NCBI GenBank assembly: GCA_964016885.1
Contig: OZ024742.1
Coordinates: 154,752,001-154,816,000 of the forward strand
DNA: 64,000 nucleotides
Origin: Eledone cirrhosa
Lineage: Eukaryota
Direction: 5' to 3'
Both the position numbers and the translations under genes were made by a program. This document shows positions 43,570-62,735 of this stretch, one piece after another; position 1 is the first letter of the stretch, and each line of letters opens with the position of its first letter. Below the pieces are notes generated by a model that was not told the DNA's origin, did not search any database, and saw only the letters and a program-made list of their open reading frames with translations.

Positions 43570-46500
43570 AAGGGCATGGAAAACAAAATAATTATCAATA
43601 TAGGACCCAGGAGGGAATGCATGGTTAAATTAACATCATCATTCAATTTTCCCATCTGTGCATGTGTTTTTATTATCACAGAGCAGGGGGAGTAACTCTG
43701 GTCGGTGTTCAAGCAATCAGTCCCATTTGGATTTTTATGCCTGCCCATATGCTGGTGTTTAGCATCTTTATATTATGCGTGTTGTTTCACTAGTGCCAGT
43801 ACAGGTTGAGTCTGGGATGTCTATTTATTATTTAGTGGATGTTGCTTTACTAATGTTTGTTCGAGTATGTCGATTTGGTTCACAGATATTTGTTCATACA
43901 GCGTGCCCACTGGGGTGTTATGGTTCGAGTAGGGGGACCCAGTTCATAGTTTTCATGTCACAGTCGCCTCCCAGGCAAAATATGACGCCTGTACACGGTG
44001 TTTACAATTAATAACTGATTCTGCTCGGCTGTTTAAGAGCTCATGGGGTTTTCTTATGATGTAGTACAGCTCCATGAGGCAATGCTGGCATTTCCCCCTG
44101 AAGTTGGCAGGTGCAGCCCTACTGACAATTCCCTGTGTGTGGGGAAGCTTATGTTGGCGTCTTGCAATGTGGTGACGCAGTTGGCAAGCGATGTGGAGTG
44201 CCTTAATTTCTTGTTCCTGAAAGAGTGGAGATGCGTTCTAAATCTCGTTTTAAACTGACCAGAGGTGACTCCTATATAGTGTTTAACTGCGCTATAGCTA
44301 GTTACTGTGCACCTATAAACAACCTTATCAGTCAGGCAGTTTCCCCTGAGAGGGCAGCCTCCCCTGTCACGACAGTTGCATTTTCCGTCACGGTCGCACC
44401 TACTTCCTAAAGTAAAGCTATTACTATTGCTATCCATGTTGTTATCTATGTCTCTAACTCTGTCATTGATACTGTTATCTCTCAAGGCGTGCGGTGTTGT
44501 ACCATTATTATTCCGCATGCCGCAGCCCGTTCTGCTGCCGGAGGGTGACGCGTGTGGTTCGCCGGTATATTCTCCAATCACGCCCTGGTTACGTGTGTTT
44601 CGTCTGCCGGGGCGGCCATACACCCTATTTCATGCTGTTAGTGGAATGTTAAGGTTATGAGTGTTGTCAGGTCTAGATGTATCTGTGCTAAGGTGTAATG
44701 TTTTGTTAATCTTACTGTGATAGTTTCGCCTATGATGTCAGCTAGATTGGGGGTGGTAGAGTAGGATATTGTGATATTGTTCCTTTTAAGTATTTTTCTG
44801 TATTTATGAATATGTGGTACATCTCTCTCCTAGGCTTCGAAGAATATCCTCGGTACGTCGGAGGTCGCACTCTGAGAGTAGGGGCGGGTGGAACCTTATG
44901 ATATTACGGTGGCGTTTCCGCTTTACAGTGGGTTTGCTACAGGTTGTGCTTCCTAGTTGACAGTAATTACGGTTGTTCCTTTGCTGTAGCCGGTTATGCG
45001 TCCCCATTACTTTGTGTTCTGGTGGGGTCGCCTTACCTCTATACTTTCTATGTGTGGCTATGTGTAGGCCGCCGCAGTTGCTGGTCTTATAGTTAGGGAA
45101 TAACTCTAATAGGCGACCGGGGGTGGCGCTACCAATCGGGTAACACTTACCATACTGTCGGTTGTCTTGGTCGCCACTCTTGTAATTAACGGTGTGGCCA
45201 AGTTTCTTAGCGTGGTTCTCTATACTATAGTTCTTGACGCTGTCATGGCTGTAGCGTGCTCTGTTATAGGTACGGCTCACTATAACATTAGTACTACGTT
45301 GGGGTTGATTACTAGAGCTAGCGTTAGTGATGTAGGATATTTTCCGGTTAAAACCTGCATTTAGTAAAGCCTTATTGTAATATTCGGCCGCTTGGTTCAA
45401 TATATCTTCATTGGCGGAGAGTCTCGAGATCCTATGGGATATGCTATATACAATGGAGTTGAGAGTGGACTTAGGGTGGTTAGATGCATAGTTTATATAG
45501 AACAGGATCTCACCGGGCTTATGGTATAGCTTGTATAGGCCCGTCTAGGAAATTGACTATTTGTTGGTTGAGGTCCATGGTGACTGATAGGCCATATGGC
45601 TTAAAGAACCTGTGTATACGCTTGTTAAGATTCTATATCCTGCGGGGGCTGTGGCTTCGCACGGTAAACAGGGCATCGTCCCTATATACCCCGCCCGGTA
45701 AGGCCAGTATCTCGTCCCTAATTCTATGGAGGAGGTAAATCCCGACAAGGTCAGTTACTTGCGCCGAGTCGCTGGACCTATCGTGATATCAAAGTTATCA
45801 GGACGGTTGGTTCTAGTCCACTAGGAGCCTTCGAACTTGATAATAGTTCTACGCGCTGCGAGCACAATATCTATGTCTTTTCTAGTGAGGCTAGTATTAA
45901 ACTTAGCTAGGATATGCGCTTTATTTAGGAGTACGGGGGAGATCGATGCATAGGAGCCATGTATGTCAAACTGCATGAACTTGAGAGTTGTTTTATCAGG
46001 TAACTCTGTGAACCAATTAATGACCTGGTCAGTGCTGCTCCAGAGACAGACCTTGGTTTATTATTAAGTTCTAGTAGTACTCTATCTAGGATGGCTTTAC
46101 TAATTTTACATATATCCGAAGTAGATGGGCATATAAGTCCAATAGAGGGGTTTTCATTTAAGTTACATTTGTGATCCTTAAGAGAGAATCTAGGTGTCAT
46201 AGGGACATATGAGTTGGTGTACTTGTCTATGTATATGCTAGTAACTATGTCCTTCCCTACCATATTTGTGTCATTCAAAGTGCTAGTTGGTGTTTTCTTA
46301 TAGTTTTTATGTAGTTCCTTATAAATGAAATGTTTGTTCTTGCTCACGTTCATCTTATACAACTTCTTGGTTTTGTCAGAGGTAACGAAGAGGTGTGGGT
46401 CCTTCTTGATTCTGGTAATGAGTGCATCCAGGGATGTTATGAATGGATTACTGCCTTGGCGTTCACTCTTAACCTTGATGATTTTCATCAGATTTTGCAG

Positions 46501-47018
46501 GTCTTCCTCAAAGCCGTCCAGCATGGTGTTGTGCGGTGCGTTTCGGTATGTTTTAAAGCTGTATCTCTCTATAGGTTATGGACTGTTGCAGTTGTCCTCA
46601 TCGAGGTAGTAGGCCTTCCATCTTACTCTCCGTATAAACGAGTTATTGGCGTCTATAAGCTGCTTGAGGTATATTTATCTGCTAGGTAGTGGGATACATT
46701 TTAGAGAAATGGGTAACGGTTGATTCTTCATCGGAATGGCAAATAAAGTATGGTGCTCTACTATAAGGAGCACGTTAATAGAATGATTAGTTGTATAGAG
46801 AGAAAATAAAATGGAATGATGGTCGATATATACATTTAGTTGCCAATAGTTTATGCATGTGAGCTCAATACTCGTGCCTAAAGGGTTAAATATTAGAGGC
46901 GTCAATATTTAGTGGGCGAGAAAAAATAAGCAGAGCGATTATAAAGGAAATTAATACAAAGGGTTTAAAACCGTTAAAACATGTTTATATAATAGTGCGC
47001 CTACGTACGTTTCGCCCT
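43570..47018 (-). mobile_element. PLE-4: Naiad-like element, unit-length decayed copy (ORF from 46729)
   Basis: MKNQPLPISLKCIP start, FSLKDHK, ICPSTSDI, CNCRDRGGCPLRGNC, HYIGVT; the 3' end runs into (TA)n at 43570. Confidence 0.9.
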
Positions 47019-49106
47019 GGGCGTATTCACAGGTTCTTTAAGAGATATGGCCTATCAGTGACCATGGACCTCAACCAACAAATAGTCAATGTTCTAGACG
47101 TAATCCTGGAGTTGAGTACTGGCCTATACAAGCCATACCATAAGCCCGATCAGATCCTGTCCTATATAAACTATGCATCTAACCACCCTAAGTCTACTCG
47201 CAACCCCATAGTATATAGCATATCTCATAGGATCTCGAGGCTCTCCGCCAATGGAGATACATTCAACCAAGCGGCCGAATATTACAATAAGGCTTTACTA
47301 AATGCAGGTTTTAACCGGAAAATATCCTACATCCTTAACGCTAGCTCAAGAAACCAACCCCAACGTAGGACTAATGTTATAGTGAGCCATACCTATAACA
47401 GAGCACGCTACAGCCATGACAGCGTCAAGAACTATAGTATTGAGAACCACGTTAAGAAACTTGGCCACACCGTTAATTACATGAGTGGCGACCAAGACAA
47501 CCGACAGTATGGTAAGTGTTACCCGATTGGTAGCGCTACCCGTTGCAGCCTATTAGAGTTATTCCCTAACTATGAGATCAGCAACTGCGGCGACCTATTA
47601 CCAACACCCTCCAACCCGCGTCTAGCCACACATAGAAAGTATAGAGATAAGGCGCCGCCACCTGAACATTAAAGTAATAGGGACGCATAACCGGCTACAG
47701 CACAGGAACAGCCGTAAGTACTGTCAACTAGGAAGCACAACCTGTAGCACACCCACTGTAAAGCGGCAACGCCACCGTAATATCATACGGTTCCACCCGC
47801 CCCTACTCTTGGAGTGTGACCTCCGACGTACCGTGGATATTCTTCGAAACCTAATCATAAATACAAAAAATACTTAACAGGAACAATATCAAAATATCCT
47901 TCACTACCACCCTCAATCTAGCTGACATCATAGGCGCAACCAATCACAGTAAGATTAACAAAACACTACACCTTAGCACAGATACATCTAGACCTGACAA
48001 CAACACTAATAACCTTAACATCCCCCTAACAGTACGAAATAGGGTGAATGGCCGCCCCGGCAAACGAAACCCACGTAACCAGGGCGGGATTGGAGAATAT
48101 ACCGGTGACCCACACGCGTCACCCACCGACAGCAGAACGGGCTGCAGCATGCGGAATAATAATGGTCCAACACTGCATGCCTTGAGAAATAAAATTATGA
48201 ATGACAGAGTTAGAGACATAGATAACAACATGGATAGCAATAGTAATAGCTTTACTTTAGGAACTAGGAGCGACGTTGACGGAAAATGCAACTGTCGTGA
48301 CAGGGGAGGCTGCCCTCTCAGGGGAAACTGCCTGACTGATAAGGTTGTTTATAGGTGCACCGTAACTAGCCATAGCGCAGTTAAACACTATATAGGAGCC
48401 ACCTTTGGCCAGTTTAAAACGAGATTTAGAACGCATCTCCACTCTTTCAGAAAAAATAATTAAGGCACCTCACATCGTTGCCAACTACGTCACCACATTG
48501 CAAGACGCCAACATAAGCTTCCCCACACACTGGGATATTGTCAGTAGGGCTGCACCATACAACTTCAGGGGGGGGGGGGGATGCCAGCTCTGCCTCATGG
48601 AGCTGTACTACATTTAAGAACACCCCATGAACTCTTAAACAGCCGAGCAGAATCAGTTATTAATTGTAAACACCAGGTACAGGCGTCGTATTTTGCCTGG
48701 GAGGCGACGGTGACATGAAAACTACCAACTAGGACCTCCTGCTCGAACCATAACACCCCGGTGGGCACGCAGTATATACAAACATCTGTGAACCAAATGT
48801 ACACAGCAGATCATACTCGAACAAACATTAGTGAAGCAATATCCACTAAGAAATAAATGGACATCCCAGATCCGACCTGTACTGGCACTAGTGAAACAAC
48901 ACACATAATATAAAGATGCTAAACACCAGCATATGAGCAGGCATAAACATCAACAAGGGAGTGATTGCTTAAACACCGGCCAGAGTTACTCCCCCTGCTC
49001 TATGATAATAAAAAACACATGCACAGAGGGGAAAAATGTATGATGATGTTAATTTAACCGTGAATTCCCTCCTGTGTCCTATATTGATTATTATTTTGTT
49101 TTGCAT

Positions 49107-49144
49107 GCCCTTGTAAACCCGCTGAGGGCGACACGTACATAGGC
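49107..49144 (+). ncRNA. Decayed minimal hammerhead of PLE-4
   Basis: GCCC-TTGTAA-ACCC gctga GGGC-GACAC-GTAC-ATA-GGC. The intact 3' half GGGC-GAAAC-GTAC-GTA-GGC is at 46998-47017 (-) and the 5' half GCCCTTGATA is at ~43567-43576 (-). Confidence 0.55.
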
Positions 49145-49252
49145 GCACTATTATATAAACAAGTTTTAACGGTTTTAAACTCTTTGTATTCATTTCCTTT
49201 ATAATCGCTCTGCTTATTTTTTCAGCCCATTAAATATTGACGCCTCTAATAT

Positions 49253-49378
49253 CTTAAGTTAAAGTCTGTCCCTAGCCTGGAGGCTTATTCTGGTTTCATC
49301 ATTTTAAGCAACTAAGAGTAAAAAACTCTACCCTGGGCAAGACGCCAATCTATTGCAAGGTTAACTCCCAGCCTGTAG
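49253..49378 (-). mobile_element. SINE fragment (V-domain-like) inserted in the PLE-4 pLTR
   Basis: Interrupts the homology with 46775-47018; minus strand GCTGGGAGTTAACCTTGCAATAGATTGGCGTCTTGCCCAGGG resembles the V-SINE core as recalled. Confidence 0.5.
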
Positions 49379-49483
49379 GCATGAGTATTGAGCACACATG
49401 TAGAACTATTGGCAACTAAATATATGTATCGACCATCTTTCCATTTTTTTCTCTCTCACATACCTAATCATTCTATTAATACA

Positions 49484-52599
<3,116 letters not shown>

Positions 52600-52986
52600 A
52601 TATATATATATATATGAATATACATATATATAAAGTCATGTATGTATGTGTGTATATATATATATATACTTATATATTCTCCTCAAATGACATTCATCTC
52701 TTCAGTCGCATTTTTCTTTCTCGTTTCCTTTTGACTTTCGCACTTCATTATCTTTTGCCTTTTTTCTTCTATTTTCGATATATGTTTTATTTTACATTAA
52801 CTTACAACTACTTTCAGTATTTATGTTTTTATATTTTAATGCGTTGCTTTTTATCTTGAGTGTTTTGTTTTCTAGTTCTATATTTCTAATTATCTTTACT
52901 TTTATATATTTATATATATCATATACATTTTTCTTGAAGCATTTTCTTTCTCAAATATACTTCCAACTTCCACGTTTAATGTGTCA

Positions 52987-55274
<2,288 letters not shown>

Positions 55275-57129
55275 CGTACAAAACATAAACATGAAAGTAT
55301 TTAATAGCATCTATGCACTAAACCATGTTCAATTACAATGCGACCCTGACGGTGTGATGAGATGATGCTGTTGTGGTGGTGATGATGGTGTTGTTTGTTA
55401 TAATATGTGCTAATTGATGCCGATGCTGATTGGGAAGTTTAGGAAGTGCGCTAACAATAATTACAATAAATATATATGTTATTTAGATTTGTAGTTCTCA
55501 TCACAGGGATTATACACCTCTTCTGCACATAAAACAACAACTCGTTCATTATGAAAATAAAAAAATTATTTCAGTATTACTTTAATTGCATTTTATCACG
55601 TTTTCATAAATGGATAATAAACAGCTGACAATTTGTTATGTAGATGATATGAGCCAGGGTTTGTATTCATGACGTTATAGTAACTGTTTGCAAGGTACAT
55701 TAATTTATGGCAAACATATACCCTTACTGCAGGCCTATTTAAAACGCCTAATGTATATAGAAACGAGAATTAATCAGTGAGTATAACAGAACAAAACATA
55801 ATACTGAAACAATGGCAATGATGATAAAGAAATGGCTTATAATTGTGTGAATCGACCAAATTTTATGACAAGGATGCACCTCATTGTTCCTGCCTGAAAA
55901 ACTAACCCTGTTGCTTGTATGTCACCCATTAATAGAATAATTGAGAGAGAATAAATGGGAATGCATACAGACATATGTATGTTTCTGAGTATTTCTTATA
56001 CCAGTGATTATTGAGCGGGCATATTTCGGTGTTTTCTTTGTGTATCCTCCATCTGTTTGTCAAGTTGCTTTCAGCGTTTTGTTTTGTTTATTTATTTAAT
56101 GCTTGTGTGTCATTTACTCATGTTTACAAACATACTGGTGAGAAATATCCTCTAGTATCTCCCAATACATTTAAGAAAGCAAACATATTAAGACGAAAAC
56201 TGATTACTAGGAAGGTATTGAAAAGCATTGAAGAGAGATATGGTTTTGTAAAACTAACATCTGTCTTGAAAACTCCAAGATTACTGTGTTTTGAGAGAAC
56301 TGCACCTTTTGAGTTTTCGTAACTCTATTGAAGTGTTTGGTTGCCAATCGCATATTTCATTCATCGCATGTCACAAGAGCTCGTGCAAACGTCATCTTCA
56401 AAGATGAAGAAGATATGATAAAACTAATGTTAATCTTGTAGTTAATTCTCGGTTAGTAGTCTGATGTTAAAAGTATTTTCTCGTATGCTTCTTTTTGGTC
56501 TAATTTCTTCCTGTGCGAATATGTCTGCCACTTAAGTACTTTTAGCAGAGCTCTCAGTATTATATTATTGGAGTGGCTTAATATAATAATAGTTCTGCTT
56601 TAAATTGGTTTTCTTGCGAATGTAATATAACTAGAGATCGGGTCCATTCTTTTGGCTATTGTTTTGTTTAACCATATCGTTTGGAAACTGTCGGTGCTTT
56701 GAGAGTTTCTGACTCTCGATGTCTTAAAAGCTTTCATTGGATGTTATCCACATATGTAGAGTTTCTTTATTTGAGCTTGTGCAGTGCGTATTAGATTGAA
56801 CTATTGCAATACCTAAAAGTACAGTATTATTGTCTGTGGAATTATGTTTCAGGATGATGTTGTCATATCTGATTTTGTGCGCGAAGTGTTTTTTGCAATT
56901 ACCTGACCATCTTCTAATAACAGCAGTCAAGTCTAAAGAGCATGTAAATGTTTTTCTCATTGAGGTTGACGTTGTACTACTTTCTGATAGCCAACGTCTG
57001 TAGATGTTTACAAGCAGGGTTGTTGATGCTGTCTTAACTTATGATCGAAGATATTACACATGTATTTTCCACTCTTTTCTTCGATTTTTATATTTGTCTT
57101 TCTTTTGGAGCTCTGTTCAACAGGCACGC

Positions 57130-57520
57130 AGACAATGTCAATGCATTCGAATGAGGGTTACCTGGATCGTCCAAAGTGGATGGTATGGTCCTCATACATT
57201 GTAATAAGGTCCTGTGCAGGCTCATACGTCTCAAACATCATCGCAGAGATTTGGCCGTATTTGAAGCACTATCTCTCCGCATCGGGAGGTCACAGATCCA
57301 TTACTATGGAAAGGTGGCCATAATGTTTCAGGAAAAAATCACTAGGCACATTGTAGGGTCAAAAATAGCCGACAGGAAACCCAGGAATTGACGCCGAACT
57401 AGATGGTTAGATAACATACCTAAACTCGGCTGATTAAGCTTGGCCGCATCACTTTGAGGTGGGTGCTCTGACAAGACGGTGTGCGTGGGGACCGCCCACA
57501 TGACTCTCCCATCAATAAGT
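57130..57520 (+). mobile_element. RTE-like LINE 3' remnant
   Basis: AGGAAACCCAGGAATTGACGCCGAACTAGATGGTTAGATAACATA translates as RKPRN*RRTRWLDNI, matching the RxRGRPRxRWxDxI motif. Confidence 0.55.
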
Positions 57521-57879
57521 GCGCGATAAAGAAGGAGGTAATGATAAGTTTCAAGTCTCTGTTCAAGTCTTGGTGAATATACACCTCAAATGATTTCATA
57601 ATGCACAACATTTATGAGAATATGTTTTGTGTCATTTATAATGCATGCTTTCATTTTTGTCTATAATGGTTTAAAACGAATAATAACTTAAAATATAATA
57701 GAAATAACCCAAAGAATATGAATGAAATAGATATTACTCAGTTTGATTTCACAGCCATATCTTCAAATTCAACATTACAAAGAATAACATGAACATTTAA
57801 AACAAAATTAAATAGGAGATGCTGATAATACGGAGACCATGAACATTTCCTATCATTACTGGTAAAACTTAAAAAGTAG

Positions 57880-58165
57880 TAACCGCTTAAATCCACTGAA
57901 ACTGAAACGACATTCAGAATTAAAAACCGTGGAATGTTAAAAATCTAATTGAAGAATATTTTCAAAGAAAGTGTTTGGTTTAAATCAAAGGAAAGCAACA
58001 TTTTCGTCTTCATGTCATTACGCACAATTTCTCTAATTATTTTATATCGCATTGGTTATCGACTGGCAGAAGCTACTGAAGCACATACAATTGCTGAAAA
58101 GCTTTATGAAAATGATTTGTTGAAAAGCAAGCTGGATGAAACAGAAGTTTTTAAAATGAACTAAT
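57880..58165 (+). pseudogene. hAT (Charlie/Buster-type) transposase remnant
   Basis: YRIGYRLAEATEAHTIAEKL matches the Charlie/ZBED5-type motif YxxAxxIAKxxKPHTIAExL. Confidence 0.6.
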
Positions 58166-58704
58166 TTCGGATGATCTATTTTCAACGTATTCTCAATTTT
58201 CGTAAAACTGCGACAGGTTAACATGTCTTCAACTTACCATTTAAAACAGATGGATTTGTGGGTTTTTAATTCATCTTTAAAACAAATCTATGGAGGCTGA
58301 ATAAAATAAAAATGCTAGTCTTCCAGCCCATGAAAAGTCGTTCTATAGTGTAATATTGTATTAAGTTATGGACAAAAATACAAGTTCATAGAATTTGTTT
58401 TTAAGAATTTTCACTGATGGAGTTGGATATTTGTTTACGGTTACGTATTAAGGTAAAATGGAAACTCACTGTCTACTCAAGCTTCATATTCTGAAATAAT
58501 TATCACAAAACTACATAAAATGGTTCGCTTTTAACGAAGCCACGCCACTAAATGCAATGAACAATATAAAAATAAGGAATGTTTGGGTTCAACGTTCTTA
58601 CTGCGTAGACACAGATGTTGTGGAAAACTTTTTAGCGAGTTTCGTCGAGTTGCGTGAGGAAAATATGTTATTTCTTCCTGAATATTCTTTTAGCAGATAT
58701 AAAG

Positions 58705-58890
58705 GATCATTGGCAGTATTGGTAGAGGGTCGGACGCCATGCTATGATGCATAGAGTTATGGCCCTTGCCATTCTGAGTTCAAATCCCCCCGAGGTTAAC
58801 TTTGCCGTTCATCCTTAAGGGGTCGATAAAATAAAGTACCAGTAATACACTGGGTAATTGCTGGCATTGTGCTAAAAGTAGAAACAATTA
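58705..58890 (+). mobile_element. tRNA-derived SINE
   Basis: Head, B-box, core and tail are conserved. Confidence 0.88.
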
Positions 58891-59919
58891 TTTTATGCTA
58901 AAGATGAGAATATGCTTCCGTTTGATTCATTTACTTGTGCTTAAGATTTCAATTCAAGCCACCAATATAAAATGTTTCAAATTTCGAAGTAAACCATATG
59001 CTTTTTAGATATGAATTAAACTATGAAATAAATGCTGGGATGGCTACATAAGAAAGTGCGATATGGTGTGCTTTCAAAATGTTACCAATATCAAAAAGTA
59101 AAACATAAACAACATTTTTTTGTCTCAAAACTGGATTGAACACTCAAATAATTTCAACTTTCTTGGGAATAAAGTTCGATAGACAAGATCCCAGATGCCA
59201 TTCACTTCCCGAGTGGTATGAAACTCGTCAATTCGGCCAAAACTATGGTTTATTGTTTTTTTCATTGCTAAAACTATTTATTTTCTTATTTACAGCATGG
59301 CTCTCTCTAATTACATTTAGTTTTTAGTTTCGAAAATGCTATCCTAATCTATGGTATTCCATTTAAAATACCTGGTCTAGATTATTTGTGGTGTGTATTG
59401 TATTCTACTGAATTAATATAGACTTACATAAATGATGTGCGTTGTTTTTTTAACAAATTTAATCTTTATGAATGCTATATGTCCGTGTTCGCTTGTTAAG
59501 TTTTGTTTGTTATATTTGTTGTTATTCTCATTATCTATATATATAAATTTGAGATTGTCTGTCTGTCTGTCTGATTACTAAAACGGTCGGCACACATCTC
59601 CTCTTAAACCGTACGTTCAAATTTCGGTGAAATTGCTACACTTATAGATGAAGGTCCGGCGGAGACATCGGTCAAAACATTTTTCAAATCGACTCACGGC
59701 AAGTGCAAAAATCGAATTTGTAATGTATTGATTTTTCAGTTCAAATGTATAAATATAGATGAGAGACGAGTTATTTCCCTTTTATGGCGTCATTTGTTTA
59801 TCGAATAAACTACGCGTACAAAAATACGCGAATAGTTTTCGGGCCTGCAAAATGTTAACCTGCAACTTTCATGAGTTCGAAGTTTCAACATTAAGCATCC
59901 ATTTTGCTTCAAAAGTATT

Positions 59920-59990
59920 TTAAAACAATATTTCAGCGCATCAGCCTCGCCATCACCCGAGGCAATGCTGCGAGTGTGCTGGCTTGCCAC
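59920..59990 (+). pseudogene. CRE-like non-LTR retrotransposon C-terminal fragment
   Basis: FQRISLAITRGNAASVLA matches the RLE-terminal motif FQRLSxAIQRGNAxxV. Confidence 0.7.
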
Positions 59991-60202
59991 GAAAATCATT
60001 TGAGAGGTTACCCAGTACACGCGACGTTGCTGACTTTTGCTCTGGTGTTGGCTCCGTTGTGCATCCCTTCCTTTGCATCTTCTTTAATATTGTAGTTTAT
60101 GTATATATTTAAAATATATTTGTTATGCTATTTTACTGTTAATTTATTTATATGCTCTGTTTATACCCTCAAAAATCTATGAAACTACATACATGTTGCA
60201 AC

Positions 60203-60276
<74 letters not shown>

Positions 60277-60549
60277 ACACACACACATATACATATATAT
60301 CTAAAGAGAGAAAGGGAGATGTAGAGAGAGAGAGAGAGCGAGATAGGTCATTATACAGAGAGAGGTACAATATAATCAGATAGAAAGACAGAGATAGAGA
60401 TAATGGCGACGAACGCTAGTTCACACACACACACACAAACACACATATATATAAAAACAGAGAGAGAAAGATCTGCGCGTTCTTTATTGTTCTCTCATTA
60501 TGTAGGAGGAAGAGAGAGAGGGGGGTATGATTGAGTGAGAGAGAGAGAA

Positions 60550-60581
<32 letters not shown>

Positions 60582-60597
60582 GAGTTGAGAAAGAAAG

Positions 60598-60930
60598 AAA
60601 GTTTAAGCAAAGAATCGCTGCTTTCAACATTAACGTGATCTTAAGCTAATAAATTCGATCTGTGGATGCAGAATTAAATATTTCGAGAAACGTTGCAACC
60701 GAAGGAAAACAGGAACATGATATTTTGGTTCCTGAAGACATTCCTTGGTAATGAACGGAAAAAAGCGAGGATAATACGTCGTTATGTGGACCGAGAAGAA
60801 CAATTTCATGCAAAGACAAGACCAAGTGTATGGTGTGAATGGAGTCGTTAGACTAATGTTCTATTTAAACATTTAAAATAACCGAATGATTTCCAGCCCA
60901 GGAGTTTAAGACTGATGTAAATAAAATTCT
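60598..60930 (-). mobile_element. Solo 3' UTR fragment of the PLE-5 family
   Basis: AAAGTTTAAGCAAAGAATCGCTGCTTTCA...CGTTGCAACCGAAGGAAAACAGGAA matches 49592-49860. Confidence 0.8.
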
Positions 60931-60960
60931 AAACGAAAATGACAGAGGTTATTAAAATAG

Positions 60961-61066
60961 TGGTTTCTACTTTTGGCACAAGGCCAGCAATTACCCAGTA
61001 CATTACTGGTACTTTATTTTATCGACCCCGTAAGGATGAAAGGCAAAGTTAACCTCGACGGGATTT
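60961..61066 (-). mobile_element. SINE, 5'-truncated (only minus-strand copy)
   Basis: Reverse complement of the core and tail. Confidence 0.87.
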
Positions 61067-61959
61067 TAACTTTGCCTTAAAATAGTAAAAGTAAATCGTG
61101 AAGAATTAGGCCAGTACATACGTATGCGCCGACGGACATACACATAAATACGCATACAGAAATACGCACACACGCGTGTGTGTGTGTAAACCTTATGCAT
61201 CTCTACAGTATTTTCATCAAACTTAAGACATAGGTTACTTATGTACTCCGGATGGTTATGGGCACTTTCATTTTTCCAGATATTGATTATAGGGCCTGCC
61301 GGTAGATAACCGCCTTTAACCACTTCCTTGGTTGCAATGCAACAAAACGTCATAACTTCTGGAGTTCGCAACCGATTTTCAAAAAACTTGACAGGTGGGC
61401 TACTGTTGTTCTACAGATGAATGTGAACTTTCAGAATTGGCACATATTGAGTAGGGGACCACTGGGGGGCAGGAACTCCCTTTTGGAAAAAGCCGAAGAT
61501 TTTGTAAAAGTATAGTTTTCCTAGCAGCACTGAAGTATTGACATAAATGGTATACATAACTGGTATTTAATACCCGAGGAACGCTGGGTACCTCTGCTAG
61601 TACCCAATATTATTGTTAACATATATACTATCGTATTCCACGTCCTGATTCTTTGCAATGTGAGTATCTTTCATATCAATATCATTTCGTATTTTTTCTT
61701 TCAATTTGTTATATATTAATTTGTTATATATTAATTTATAAATTTGATATAATTCTCTTTTGAGACATTCTCTAAATATTATTTCTATATACATACATCT
61801 CTCAACGTTTTATATCCATGTGTATACTCTCAGCTACGTTTGATTGCCTATATAATGCTTATCTCTTCTTTGTTATTCCATTTAAATCCTAAAGGTTTGT
61901 ATTTGCTATATCCCCATTTTTCACAAATATGGCAAATACAGAAACGACTATTATTATTA

Positions 61960-62123
61960 TCGGTAGAGGGTTGGACGCAATGCTCTACAGAAAAGAGTTA
62001 AGTCCTTTAATGTCTGAGTTCATATCCCGCCAAGATTAATTTTGCCTTTCATCCTTACGAGGTCGATAAAATAAGTAATACACTGGGATAATGTCTGGCC
62101 TTGTGCCAAGAGTAGAAACAATT
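61960..62123 (+). mobile_element. tRNA-derived SINE
   Basis: CGGTAGAGGGTTGGACGC head, core, GTAGAAACA tail. Confidence 0.83.
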
Positions 62124-62548
62124 ATTAATATAGTACATACAGTCATCCTCAAGAGCAGCAGAAATCATCATCATCACCATTATTATTGTTATTATTGGTA
62201 AATACGTTGTATTGGTAGATGTTATACTGACAGTATAATAAAAGAGCAAGCCATAGCCAATAGTCAAATCTCCTTTGCATCATGTTTTCTCCATCAACTT
62301 TCCAATACTCTTCTTAGAATTCTTGCTGTTCCCATATTATTATTATTATTATCATTTTTATTTTCTTTCATTATTATTTCTGACATATATGCCGAGTGTC
62401 TTCCTGACACCTAGGGCAAATAAATTCACAGTGTGCATTGGTAAGCCAGTTAATACAGCACATAGAATATAATTAAAAAAAAAAAAAAACAGTATACATA
62501 TATACACATGTGCATATGCATATGTAAATACAAGGAGGGATATCCATC

Positions 62549-62735
62549 TTACAGAGATAGTGCTCTTTTCAATACGTGTGCAGTACCAGTCAAAACAATT
62601 TTTTGCACATCGTGCAGAGAGGGTAAACCAGGAATCATTCGCAAATATTGATCTGTTCTTTTCTTGATCATTCCCAATCCTCCCACAATCACTGGTATTG
62701 TAACGGCCTTGAGGTGCCACATTTTCTCAATTTCC
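62549..62735 (-). pseudogene. R4/Dong-like LINE 3' end (RLE C-terminus)
   Basis: EIEKMWHLKAVTIPVIVGGLGMI...VQKIVLTGTAHVLKRAL; paralogous to 24380-24570. Confidence 0.8.

Larger units (their letters stand above)
47021..49480 (+). mobile_element. PLE-4 inverted partner arm (5'-truncated) with 3' pLTR
   Basis: 47021-49113 is the reverse complement of ~43570-45620. 49126-49251 and 49379-49480 are the reverse complement of 46775-47018 (the 5' leader). Ends at (TA)n. Confidence 0.9.
59534..61600 (+). mobile_element. Probable non-autonomous Helitron termini (may be one element or two)
   Basis: 5' A|TCTATATATATAAA...(GTCT)n. 3' hairpin TACCCGAG-GAACG-CTGGGTA followed by CTAG|T. Confidence 0.55.

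Noticed and set aside
56160-57050. Possible very old minus-strand PLE remnant (also 20560-20800)
   Set aside because: Only vague motif resemblance; no continuous diagnostic translation.
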